IMG/VR virus record: IMGVR_UViG_3300033485_000080
Coordinates: 1-24,890 of that record
From: a virus
Taxonomy: Duplodnaviria; Caudoviricetes
DNA length: 24,890 nt
Strand: one strand, 5' to 3'
A program made the position numbers and the translations under genes. The notes beneath the pieces were generated by a model, which saw only the letters and a list, made by a program, of their open reading frames with translations, ran no database searches and was not told the origin of the DNA. Within the stretch, counting starts at the first letter, position 1. The number at the start of each line of letters is the position of its first letter. Shown here piece by piece: positions 14,501 to 22,697 of the stretch.

Positions 14501-15724
14501 TTGTACTCTCCTGCAATTGCCGAAAAGCGTCTCTTCACACTGGCTCAACGCGGCGTCAAGGTCACGCCCCGCAGCGTTGACGCTTCCATCTCCATTTCCA
14601 CTAAACTGAACCAAATCGCCAAGGAACGTGAGTTCCGCGATGACGAGCAAGAGTTCATTCGCTCAGAAACCGTACTTTGCCGGAATGATTTCCGCTACTG
14701 GGCTGCTCGATACGCTTTTGTGGAACTCGACGCTTCCGCTGGCGGCGGGGTCGGCCCCATTGACTTCTGGGAAAGCCAGCGGCGGGCGCTGGAACTGATT
14801 GCCAAGCGGGAAGAGGAAATCTACGAGGAATACGGCAAGCATGGCTTCAGCGACGGCATTTTGAGCGTTTGGCACAAATCCAGGCAGTTGGGAGCAACCG
14901 CGATCATGCGAATGATCTCCGTGCATCGCATGACCACCCGGAAATTGACCCGCTGCATCGCGGCCTCCCTTGACGAGCAGAAAAAGCACGAACTCTACGT
15001 CCGCGACAAGGTGATTCTGGACAATTTGCCTCTTTTTCTGAACCCCCGGATCGAGTTCGACGTGAAAGACCAGCACATCTCCTTCGAGGGGCTGAAATCG
15101 CGCATCAGTTACCAGCAGGCCAATCAGCAGGCGGGCGTCGGCACCGGCCAGCAGTTCGACATTTCCCACATGACCGAAGTGGCACTCTGGCCGAACGCCT
15201 ACCGGCTGAAATTCGACTTTCTGCCGGCAGTTCCGCAGGCTCCTAGCACTTTTGTCGGATTTGAGTCAACAGCGAACGGCAGAGGGGACTTCTGGCACGA
15301 GTTCACCGAAGACATCCGATTGAAACATTACGGGTTTACGCATTGGTTGTACATTTTCACTCCCTGGTACATAGAGTCTAAGAAGTATAGGCGGGCGGCT
15401 CCTGGGGAATGGACTCCGGGGGTCGTGGCACAAGAACATGCCGAACTGGTGGAACGCACCAGTCCAGACTACGCCGGGAAGAAGGTGGTCCTATCTAGGG
15501 ATCAGTTGTACTGGTGGGAAACGGAATATGAGCAGAACCGCAAGGAAGGCACTCTGCACATGTTCCTGACCAATTACTGCGCCACTCCAGAGCAGAGCTT
15601 CCAGCACAGCACCGGCTCTGCGTTGCCGCTTGAGACAATCGAGTGGATGCGGGCGGGTACGCAGTTGGGGATGCCTTATCAGGTCTCTGTGAATCCACGG
15701 GCAGGCGTCGGAGGGTGGCTGTGA
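14501..15724 (+). CDS. terL: Terminase large subunit, ATPase part
   Basis: Adenine-binding FWESQ, Walker A KSRQLGAT, Walker B ISHMTEVALW, coupling motif FESTANG, FTPWY; TTG start. Confidence 0.9.
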   Translation: MYSPAIAEKRLFTLAQRGVKVTPRSVDASISISTKLNQIAKEREFRDDEQEFIRSETVLCRNDFRYWAARYAFVELDASAGGGVGPIDFWESQRRALELIAKREEEIYEEYGKHGFSDGILSVWHKSRQLGATAIMRMISVHRMTTRKLTRCIAASLDEQKKHELYVRDKVILDNLPLFLNPRIEFDVKDQHISFEGLKSRISYQQANQQAGVGTGQQFDISHMTEVALWPNAYRLKFDFLPAVPQAPSTFVGFESTANGRGDFWHEFTEDIRLKHYGFTHWLYIFTPWYIESKKYRRAAPGEWTPGVVAQEHAELVERTSPDYAGKKVVLSRDQLYWWETEYEQNRKEGTLHMFLTNYCATPEQSFQHSTGSALPLETIEWMRAGTQLGMPYQVSVNPRAGVGGWL

Positions 15725-16551
15725 GCTATTTCGGGGACCTCTACACGGTTGGCGCGTCGGGCCGACTCGAAAAGCTAGGCACTGAGGAATACGATGGCGA
15801 TGCGCGTGGAATCCTCTGGATGTGGGAGCCACCCGAGAAATCCTTCACGTATTGCATGGGGATAGACCCGACTGTGGGCAGGACTGGCTGGAATCGCTTT
15901 GCGCGGAGCAAGGAAGACCTGAAAACCGACAACGGAGCCATCGAGGTAGTGAAGATCGGCAAGAACGGCAATCCTGATACGCAGGTGGCTGAGTTTGCCG
16001 CTCCGGTGGACGCTACGGAGATCGGGGAGATTGCTAATGTGCTTGGGCGCATGTACGCCGGCACGGAAGAGGACCAGTGCAAGTGCATTTTGGAGATTTT
16101 CCCTGGACCTGGCGGGATGACCATGCAGCGTATGTTGGAGCTTGGCTACACCAACCAGTTCCGGTGGGAGTATTACGCCGATTCTCCGGCCTCGCCCACG
16201 AAGTCAATTGGCTGGCACGCCTCTCCGCGTACCAATCGGGATCTTTGGGTGAAGGCTTCCCGGCACATCAACCTGAAGCAAGTGCGCGTTCGTAGCCCGT
16301 TTCTAGCCGAAGAGTACGCCGATTGCCGGATGAATCTCGAAAAGCAGTACGGGGAGAACCCCACGGGGCATGATGATCGGGTGCGGGCCTTCAATCTGGC
16401 GCTGTGGGTGGCAAATTCGTGGTCCATGGACGTGGAACGCACGCAGGAGACCGTCCGAAAGGACGTTCCGATGGTCGATCCGCAGCTTACGGACATGACG
16501 ATGAACGAAATTCAGGAGATGTACGCTGAAAGTTGGGGTAAACTCTGGTAA
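15721..16551 (+). CDS. terL: Terminase large subunit, RNase H-like nuclease part (separate gene)
   Basis: WEPP...YCMGIDPTVG, DNGAIEV, QVAEF, ILEIFPGPG, GHDDRVRAFNLA; own GGAGG SD at 15710-15714 and GTGA overlap. Confidence 0.88.
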   Translation: MSYFGDLYTVGASGRLEKLGTEEYDGDARGILWMWEPPEKSFTYCMGIDPTVGRTGWNRFARSKEDLKTDNGAIEVVKIGKNGNPDTQVAEFAAPVDATEIGEIANVLGRMYAGTEEDQCKCILEIFPGPGGMTMQRMLELGYTNQFRWEYYADSPASPTKSIGWHASPRTNRDLWVKASRHINLKQVRVRSPFLAEEYADCRMNLEKQYGENPTGHDDRVRAFNLALWVANSWSMDVERTQETVRKDVPMVDPQLTDMTMNEIQEMYAESWGKLW

Positions 16552-16556
16552 GAGCC

Positions 16557-16772
16557 ATGGACCCGCTATCGTTCAAGCCTGAAAAGTCGCATCACATCGA
16601 ATCGGCGGTCTACCAACCGGACAAAAAGGTAGTTGCCGTGACCTTCAGAAACGGGAAAACCTACAACTACGCCGATGTCCCGCAGGAAGCATTCACCAAC
16701 TGGATGAAGTATCGTTCGGCGGGCGAGTTCTTCCACGGCGTCATCAAGCGAAACTACAAGTTGGTGAAATGA
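16557..16772 (+). CDS. KTSC domain protein
   Basis: SHHIESAVY...VTFRNGKTYNYADVP...SAGEFFHGVIK. Confidence 0.92.
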   Translation: MDPLSFKPEKSHHIESAVYQPDKKVVAVTFRNGKTYNYADVPQEAFTNWMKYRSAGEFFHGVIKRNYKLVK

Positions 16773-16906
16773 AATCCGTCAAAATGTCCGAAAAAGCCTT
16801 CATCAAGGAGCACAAGCACCTTGTTGGCATCCTCAAGCATCCGACCGCCGCGAAGTTGAAGAAAGAAGCCGCCAAGCAGTCCAAGGAACTGCATCAGCGG
16901 AGCTAA
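16769..16906 (+). CDS. Small Lys-rich protein, 45 aa (not in ORF track)
   Basis: MKSVKMSEKAFIKEHKHLVGILKHPTAAKLKKEAAKQSKELHQRS; ATGA overlap with KTSC; fills the gap. Confidence 0.7.
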   Translation: MKSVKMSEKAFIKEHKHLVGILKHPTAAKLKKEAAKQSKELHQRS

Positions 16907-16911
16907 TTCCC

Positions 16912-17205
16912 ATGTCAAAACTGAAGTGGATTGAAAAACTGGATGATGTTGTGGAAACTGCACCTGTTTGCCTCGATTGGGACGATTTGCTAGCCATCAA
17001 CAAGCTCGTTGGACGCAATATCCAAACCAAAGAGGACCTGTTGGCCGCACTGAAGCAGGCCACCAGCATCTCCGTCAATGGAGTTGAGGTGACACTGGAG
17101 CCGGGACTCGTAACGAGGCTCAAAAGCCGGTGTATCCGGCAGGATTTCGACAAATTCCTGCATGATCGCGTCATCGAGTGGGCGCACAGCTTCGTGGGGT
17201 GGTAA
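16912..17205 (+). CDS. Hypothetical protein
   Basis: GGAG SD; 97 aa; packed in the operon. Confidence 0.65.
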   Translation: MSKLKWIEKLDDVVETAPVCLDWDDLLAINKLVGRNIQTKEDLLAALKQATSISVNGVEVTLEPGLVTRLKSRCIRQDFDKFLHDRVIEWAHSFVGW

Positions 17206-17526
17206 ATGCCTTGTCCTGACTGCGGATACGAACCGAAAATTGGCGAATGGCCGTTCAACTGCCGAGGTAGAGGGCATCAACTCGGCCCTTTCTGGACCGG
17301 AGAGACTGCCATTCACTACTCAGAGCGTGTTCGCGTGTTAGAGAACCCAGCGACAGGAGAAATTCGCATCCCTGGCCGTGCTGACCGCGAGATTCACCCC
17401 AAAATGCAGCAAGCGGGCTTCCAGTACAAGGAACTCAAGACCGTTTCCGAGATCCGCGCCGTCGAGAAACAATGCGGAGTCAGGCATGAAGTCTCCAACT
17501 ACGATTCCGTAAACAATCTGCTTTGA
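17206..17526 (+). CDS. Hypothetical protein with N-terminal CxxC (possible Zn binding)
   Basis: MPCPDCG...WPFNCRGRGH; directly upstream of the portal. Confidence 0.65.
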   Translation: MPCPDCGYEPKIGEWPFNCRGRGHQLGPFWTGETAIHYSERVRVLENPATGEIRIPGRADREIHPKMQQAGFQYKELKTVSEIRAVEKQCGVRHEVSNYDSVNNLL

Positions 17527-17536
17527 CGGATTTCCG

Positions 17537-17545
17537 TGGCATAAT
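17537..17545 (+). promoter_or_regulatory. Possible extended -10 promoter (TGgCATAAT) for the portal gene
   Basis: TGn plus CATAAT; the portal start lies 5-8 nt downstream with no SD. Confidence 0.35.
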
Positions 17546-17550
17546 ACGGT

Positions 17551-19500
17551 TTGATGAGCGACCTAAGCTATCCCTCTGCGCCAGAAGGCGCTAACGTAGG
17601 CGATCCAACGCTCTCCTGGTTGAATGAGGCGGTACGCGAAGGGGAAGCCTTCTTAACCGCTCAACCTGGCTTCGATCAAATCGGCAGGTCCATTGACGCT
17701 ATCATGAGCGTCGATGAAGCATACGAGTTCGATCCGAAGAACCCTCTTTCACAGACTCGCACCAACAGAATAGCCAAGATCGCGGAAGACTTGGCCGCTC
17801 TGATGACAGACACCAAGCCGTTTTGGGACTACTCGGTGGCAAATCGCCGCTTCGAGCAGCACGCGCAAATCTATGGAAAACTCGCCACCTTCTGGTATCA
17901 GCGCCGCAACATTGACCTGCGCTTGGCCGATGTCATCAAGTATTACGTTGCAGCAGGGACCGGCTACTTGCATCTGTACTGGAACTCCGAAATTGGTGAT
18001 ATTGACGCCAGAGCCGAAGACCCCCGAAACGTACTCCCTATTCGGCCTATCGGATACGAATCGCTAGAGTCCTGCCTTGGGGTGATCGTCAAGCGCAAGG
18101 TTCCTGTCAACTATATTCGGGACAAGTACAACAAAGACGTGAAGGCTGAGTCGGACGGCTCCAGTCTGACTTGGTTGAACAAGATGCGGGACTCCGCAGC
18201 GGACATCATCAGTCCCATTTGGAAATTCCGCAAGTCGGGCCGCGCAGAGCAGGACATCCCGCGTATTCCTACGGTCACTCTTTACACCTGCTACCTCAAG
18301 GACAATCGCAGGAACACCCGAGAGGACATGAAGGAGAAGTTTACGGATGGGCCTCTCTACATGGGCGAGTGGGAAACCGATCCGCAAACCGGCGAGAAAA
18401 AGTCCCTGAACAACTGGTCGTACAAGGTGGAAGTCGGTGATCCGGTTTACCCGAATCGAAGGATGATGGTTTGGGTAGGCACGGACATCCTCTACGACGG
18501 CCCATGCTTCTACTGGCACAATCAGTTTCCAATCATCAAGCTCACGCTGAACCCGTATCCGTGGAGTTGGCTTGGCCGCGCTCCGGTGTGGGATCTGTTG
18601 CGTCTTCAGACCTCCCTCAACCGGCTTTTGCGGGTTGTCGATGACCATGCCGCGCAAGTGGCACAGCCCGGTTCGATACACGACAAGAACAGTGTTTCCA
18701 GGGCGCAATATGAGTCGTTCGACACCCGCAGGGCCGGTTGGAAAATCTACCAGAACCCGTTAGCCGGAAAAGGCATTCAGATCCAGAACCCGCCGCCGTT
18801 GGACAACTCAATCTGGGAACACATCAAGTGGATCATCGAAGAGATGGAAGTGCTTTCAGGGACATTCGACCTCAAGCAAATCATGAACCTGAAGCAACTT
18901 CCCTCCACTAGCACGGTAGAGACTATCCTGAACTCGATGACCCCGGCGTTGAGGGCGCGTAGCCGCATTTTAGAGGCGTTCACACGCAATCTGGCGATGC
19001 AGTTGGCCTACTGCTTCACGCAGTTCTACACTATGACTACGCGGGTAATCACGCTTGGCCCTAGCGGGGTAGTGCAGGATGACTTTGATTTTGACCCAGG
19101 CAGCTTAATCCCTGACTTCATTCACGGTGAGGACTTTGGGGCAGACGGAACGCTGAAATCAGAATCGCTGATGCGTGGACCGCGCCCGAAGTACGACAGG
19201 GCACGCGAGTTACTGCGCTTGTTCATCTTCAAGATCAGCCCCGGCTCCATGTTGAACGCCGCGCAGGTTGAGCAGAAGATGATCTATCTGCAACTGACCC
19301 GCGCCGGATGGATGGACATTTTCACGCTTTGGGAGATTCTAGGCATCCCGAACATAGGCGTGCTGCCGGACAACGTGCGTACCATACCCGAACGGCTTGT
19401 CTATCAGGCTGAGTTGGGGTTAAACGGAGATGTAAACGCAGCGGGCCGAAAAGCGTCCGGCCAACAGCTTCCGCGTATCAAGATGAGTGAATCTGGTTGA
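17551..19500 (+). CDS. Portal protein (ATG at 17554 is an alternative start)
   Basis: 649 aa between terminase and scaffold/capsid; RTNRIAKIAE, GTGYLHLYWN, DPRNVLP, WLGRAPVWDLLRLQTSLNRL, MEVLSG motifs typical of P22/podovirus-like portals. Confidence 0.85.
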   Translation: MMSDLSYPSAPEGANVGDPTLSWLNEAVREGEAFLTAQPGFDQIGRSIDAIMSVDEAYEFDPKNPLSQTRTNRIAKIAEDLAALMTDTKPFWDYSVANRRFEQHAQIYGKLATFWYQRRNIDLRLADVIKYYVAAGTGYLHLYWNSEIGDIDARAEDPRNVLPIRPIGYESLESCLGVIVKRKVPVNYIRDKYNKDVKAESDGSSLTWLNKMRDSAADIISPIWKFRKSGRAEQDIPRIPTVTLYTCYLKDNRRNTREDMKEKFTDGPLYMGEWETDPQTGEKKSLNNWSYKVEVGDPVYPNRRMMVWVGTDILYDGPCFYWHNQFPIIKLTLNPYPWSWLGRAPVWDLLRLQTSLNRLLRVVDDHAAQVAQPGSIHDKNSVSRAQYESFDTRRAGWKIYQNPLAGKGIQIQNPPPLDNSIWEHIKWIIEEMEVLSGTFDLKQIMNLKQLPSTSTVETILNSMTPALRARSRILEAFTRNLAMQLAYCFTQFYTMTTRVITLGPSGVVQDDFDFDPGSLIPDFIHGEDFGADGTLKSESLMRGPRPKYDRARELLRLFIFKISPGSMLNAAQVEQKMIYLQLTRAGWMDIFTLWEILGIPNIGVLPDNVRTIPERLVYQAELGLNGDVNAAGRKASGQQLPRIKMSESG

Positions 19501-19525
19501 CACGAAAGAGGATTTCAGGAACTTG

Positions 19526-19534
19526 TGGTAGTAT
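19526..19534 (+). promoter_or_regulatory. Possible extended -10 promoter (TGgTAGTAT) upstream of the scaffold/capsid genes
   Basis: TGn plus TAGTAT in a 52-nt intergenic gap; TTGACA at 19497 is too far away to be its -35. Confidence 0.28.
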
Positions 19535-19552
19535 TCCAAGAGAGAGGCCCCT

Positions 19553-19693
19553 ATGAAGATGGAGAAGTGCGACAAGGACGATAAATCAGAGGGGATTGCT
19601 AGCCCGATGCGTAAGGGCGGTAAGATCGCAATGAAAGGAAACATCCGTCAAGCCAGGATGGATGCTCGGGCGAAAGGCAAGAAAACGTCATGA
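19553..19693 (+). CDS. Small Lys/Met-rich protein, 46 aa (not in ORF track)
   Basis: MKMEKCDKDDKSEGIASPMRKGGKIAMKGNIRQARMDARAKGKKTS; GAGAGG SD; ATGA overlap. Confidence 0.65.
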   Translation: MKMEKCDKDDKSEGIASPMRKGGKIAMKGNIRQARMDARAKGKKTS

Positions 19694-19977
19694 CCTCTCT
19701 ACCTCCGCTCCCTGAAAACGTAGGGGCACAGGCCCCGCAAACCAGCCCTCTTAGCGGGGGTATGCCAAGTTTCATGCAGTTCGTGCAGCAAATCGAAGAT
19801 GGGTACAAGAAGCTGGCGCTAGCCTTGCCTTCTTTGGCCCCAATCGCCGCCGAAGGTATCAGCAAACTTCGGATGGCTGTACCGTCAGCGATGGATGCTG
19901 GCGCGGGTGCTCAAGCTCCTACTAGTCCTGCGATTACTGGGAGCGGGTATCTCCCGTCACCACCTCAAGGACAATAA
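19690..19977 (+). CDS. Pro-rich hypothetical protein
   Basis: Helical core with disordered Pro-rich ends; TAATG coupling to the scaffold gene. Confidence 0.65.
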   Translation: MTSLPPLPENVGAQAPQTSPLSGGMPSFMQFVQQIEDGYKKLALALPSLAPIAAEGISKLRMAVPSAMDAGAGAQAPTSPAITGSGYLPSPPQGQ

Positions 19978-20699
19978 TGCAAAATTTCAAGGAGTACATG
20001 GTTTCGGCGCTCCAAGAGGCCGGACTGAGCGATGAACAAGTCAGTTCCGCCCTCGATAAAATCGCCGCGAACGACAAACTCTCTCCCAAGCTGAACGCCC
20101 TCGTCAAGACGGCTACGGAAGACTACAACGCTCAACTCGGGCGCGTTCGGGCAGCGGAAGAGAAGGTCACCAAGTATGACGACTGGTACACCAAGGCAAG
20201 TGCTCAGTATCAGGCGGTTGTGGATGAACTCAATGCTCTAAAGGCAGCAGCCGCCAACGGTGGGGCACCACCGGATTTCGATGCTTCCAAGTACGTCTCG
20301 AAGGAAGACCTTGCGAAGTTTTCCCAAGAGATGGGAGGCCGCTTGGCGGGAGTCGTCAAGGATGTGTCGGAAGTGACCGCCGACTACGTTGCCCGGTTTG
20401 GCGAGAAGCCTAGCCTCAATGAGATCGAGAAGATCGCGGAAGAGAAGCGAATCCCGATACCGATGGCATATCAGGAGTACATCCGGCCAAAGGTTGAGGA
20501 ACGGGCGAAACTCGCCTTGGAAGAGGAAAAGAAGAAAATGCGGGAAGAGATCGAACGGGATGTGCGAAGCAAGTTCCGCTTGCCGGTCGATCAAGTCGTT
20601 CCCGAAGCAGCACCTATTTTCGCCCCCAGGCCCACTGACACGCCGCAGGACCTCAATGCGGAACTCATGGATGTCTGGGTTGGCGCGACGAAGAAATAA
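19977..20699 (+). CDS. Capsid scaffolding protein
   Basis: Charged, helical, coiled-coil 240-aa protein immediately upstream of the major capsid gene. Confidence 0.7.
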   Translation: MQNFKEYMVSALQEAGLSDEQVSSALDKIAANDKLSPKLNALVKTATEDYNAQLGRVRAAEEKVTKYDDWYTKASAQYQAVVDELNALKAAAANGGAPPDFDASKYVSKEDLAKFSQEMGGRLAGVVKDVSEVTADYVARFGEKPSLNEIEKIAEEKRIPIPMAYQEYIRPKVEERAKLALEEEKKKMREEIERDVRSKFRLPVDQVVPEAAPIFAPRPTDTPQDLNAELMDVWVGATKK

Positions 20700-20737
20700 T
20701 GGCCTTTTTCCGAGTTGGTGTCGGGATCTGGCCGTTA
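20697..20737 (+). promoter_or_regulatory. Stem-loop with internal loop upstream of the capsid RBS
   Basis: TAATGGCC/GGCCGTTA outer stem, 3x3 internal loop, TTCCGA/TCGGGA inner stem, 7-nt loop. Confidence 0.55.
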
Positions 20738-20753
20738 AACAAGGAGAATCACA

Positions 20754-21869
20754 GTGCCAGGTCTCGACAATTTGGACCAGATAAACGTCACCACGCGACG
20801 TTATATCCGCAAGAACCCGGCCCTCGTTGATGCCATCTTCAATCAAGATCCGCTGAACTTCTTTCTGCGGCAGAATCTCAAGGAAGACTTCTCGGGCGGC
20901 ACAACGATCAACGAAAACATCATCACCGATGTCATGATTGGCGGTGGTTACGCCAAGGGCAAGCAGTTCAACGTAACCCAGAAGCAGACCGAACGGCAGG
21001 CCCGCTTCGACGTGAAGTTGGCACAGGTTTCCGTGCCGCTTTACATGGAAGACTTCCGGGTGTTCAACAAGGGGCCGTTGGCGGCAGTCAGTCTGCTGAA
21101 AGCCCGTGTTGACGAGGCTTACATGGCTCTCGGAGCCTTCGTGAGCATCGGCACCTACATGGAAGGCATCAACGCCAACTACGTGAACAACGTGAACGGG
21201 CTGGCGGAAGCGATCAACGACGGGGCTACGGCGTCATGGAATGGGTCAACGTACACCACTTACGGACAGTTGACTCGCGCTACCTTCACGCCTTCGCTGG
21301 ACTCGGTGCCCGTGGATCTGGCCGGCGCAGCTATCGAGTACGATACGCTCGACAGCGGCTACATGGACTGCTTCTACGGCTCCGGCGAGTACGAACCGAA
21401 CCTCATCGTCACCACTCCCAAGGGCTACAGCTACGTCAAGTCAAAGTTTCAGACGCAGCAACGGTTCCAGGACACCAAACTGGAAGTCGGCGTCGGCTTC
21501 CGTGGGATGTCCTTCAACGGCGCAACCGTGGTGGCTTCCCGCTATTGCCCCGGCTCTCACCTGACCGGCCCTGCGCTGGCAGGCACGGCAGACAAGGCGG
21601 CAGTCATGTTCTTGACGGAGACTTCAGGCGGTGTGGTTGTGGCATATCCGTTCGGCAACCTCGGTGCAACCGAGGAAACCTTGTGGATCTTGAACGCCCG
21701 CAAGCCGTTCCTGAACTACTACGTCTCGAACGACGAGATTTTCGGCGGCGGATTCAGAGACTTTATCCCTGCCGGGAACAACACCATCGTCATCGGTCAG
21801 GTCCTCTTGGCTCATCAGCTTACGCTGATCCCCAGGTATCACAAACAGATTTACGGATTTGCAAGCTGA
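20754..21869 (+). CDS. Major capsid protein (HK97-fold expected)
   Basis: AAGGAG SD, GTG start, 371 aa, strongly C-ending codons; LVDAIFNQDPL, SGGTTINENI, NGLAEAI, PNLIVTT, GFRGMSFNGATVVASRYCP. Confidence 0.88.
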   Translation: MPGLDNLDQINVTTRRYIRKNPALVDAIFNQDPLNFFLRQNLKEDFSGGTTINENIITDVMIGGGYAKGKQFNVTQKQTERQARFDVKLAQVSVPLYMEDFRVFNKGPLAAVSLLKARVDEAYMALGAFVSIGTYMEGINANYVNNVNGLAEAINDGATASWNGSTYTTYGQLTRATFTPSLDSVPVDLAGAAIEYDTLDSGYMDCFYGSGEYEPNLIVTTPKGYSYVKSKFQTQQRFQDTKLEVGVGFRGMSFNGATVVASRYCPGSHLTGPALAGTADKAAVMFLTETSGGVVVAYPFGNLGATEETLWILNARKPFLNYYVSNDEIFGGGFRDFIPAGNNTIVIGQVLLAHQLTLIPRYHKQIYGFAS

Positions 21870-21896
21870 TGAAAGGACATGACTTAGGAGAATAAC

Positions 21897-22436
21897 ATGC
21901 CAAACACCAATCGCATCATCAGCCCTTACATCCCCAACGGGGACCCCGACACGATGAACGAGACTTCGCTCTATGCACCGGGCGATCTCGGCGCAGCCTT
22001 TGACTGCAACGACCGGGCGTATCAGGTCGTTCAATTGGATTCGGGCGCTACGGCTAGCACGGCTGTCGGCGTTGTTGCCGCCAATCAGGTGGCGTTCTGG
22101 AAGGACCAGGACAAGTACCTCGTCACGAACAACAACCTTCAGGCTATTGGGTTGGCTGCGGGTGCTCCAAACTTCGTGGCAGGGATCTTCCGGTGCGCGG
22201 CGACCGCAGGCAACTACATCTGCATCTTGCAACGTGGGGATAATATCCCAGTTGCAGACGATGGTGGCGACAACGTAGTTGGAGACACCGCCGTAGCCGA
22301 TGCCACAGTCAGCACGTCCCGCATGACACACGTCAATGTGGGCACTGCTTCGACCTTTAAGAAAATCGGAATTGTACGCGGTGTAACTGCCGCTGCTGTG
22401 ACACGTGTTGACGTGGACATTCCGAACATTCCGTAA
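21897..22436 (+). CDS. Capsid cement/decoration-like protein
   Basis: Directly after the capsid gene; AGGAG SD; AYQVVQ...VAGIF...AGNYICILQRG small-residue beta pattern. Confidence 0.6.
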   Translation: MPNTNRIISPYIPNGDPDTMNETSLYAPGDLGAAFDCNDRAYQVVQLDSGATASTAVGVVAANQVAFWKDQDKYLVTNNNLQAIGLAAGAPNFVAGIFRCAATAGNYICILQRGDNIPVADDGGDNVVGDTAVADATVSTSRMTHVNVGTASTFKKIGIVRGVTAAAVTRVDVDIPNIP

Positions 22437-22447
22437 AGGAGGACAAC

Positions 22448-22681
22448 ATGGCCTATACCGCGACTGACGTAACTCGCTCTGTGATTGGCAGCAAGCGGAT
22501 GGTCACCTCCAACGGAACATTCACCGTTGCTGGCGATACGTGGGACACCGGGTTAAATCACATTGAGGCGGTGTCCGTAAACAGCGATGGGGTCAACGCC
22601 GCTGGTTGTACCTTTGCTGCCGGGGTGGTTACGTTTTCTGGAACCGCCGGCACAGTGAGTGTGATCGTCATCGGCTATTGA
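22448..22681 (+). CDS. Small beta-rich virion protein
   Basis: AAGGAGG SD; DTGLNHIEAV...VSVIVIGY. Confidence 0.6.
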   Translation: MAYTATDVTRSVIGSKRMVTSNGTFTVAGDTWDTGLNHIEAVSVNSDGVNAAGCTFAAGVVTFSGTAGTVSVIVIGY

Positions 22682-22695
22682 AGGAGGACTCCTTC
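22680..22695 (+). promoter_or_regulatory. Hairpin sequestering the SD of the adaptor gene
   Basis: GAAGGAG-ga-CTCCTTC perfect inverted repeat containing AAGGAGG, 2 nt before GTG 22698. Confidence 0.65.
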
Positions 22696-22697
22696 TT

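Noticed and set aside
15643-15724. terL pseudogene, or nuclease start at 15643
   Set aside because: Catalytic motifs in both halves are intact, and the SD plus GTGA overlap support a start at 15721. An assembly indel cannot be fully excluded without reads.
17523-17545. Canonical sigma70 promoter TTGACG...CATAAT
   Set aside because: The spacer is only 11 nt; kept only as a possible extended -10.
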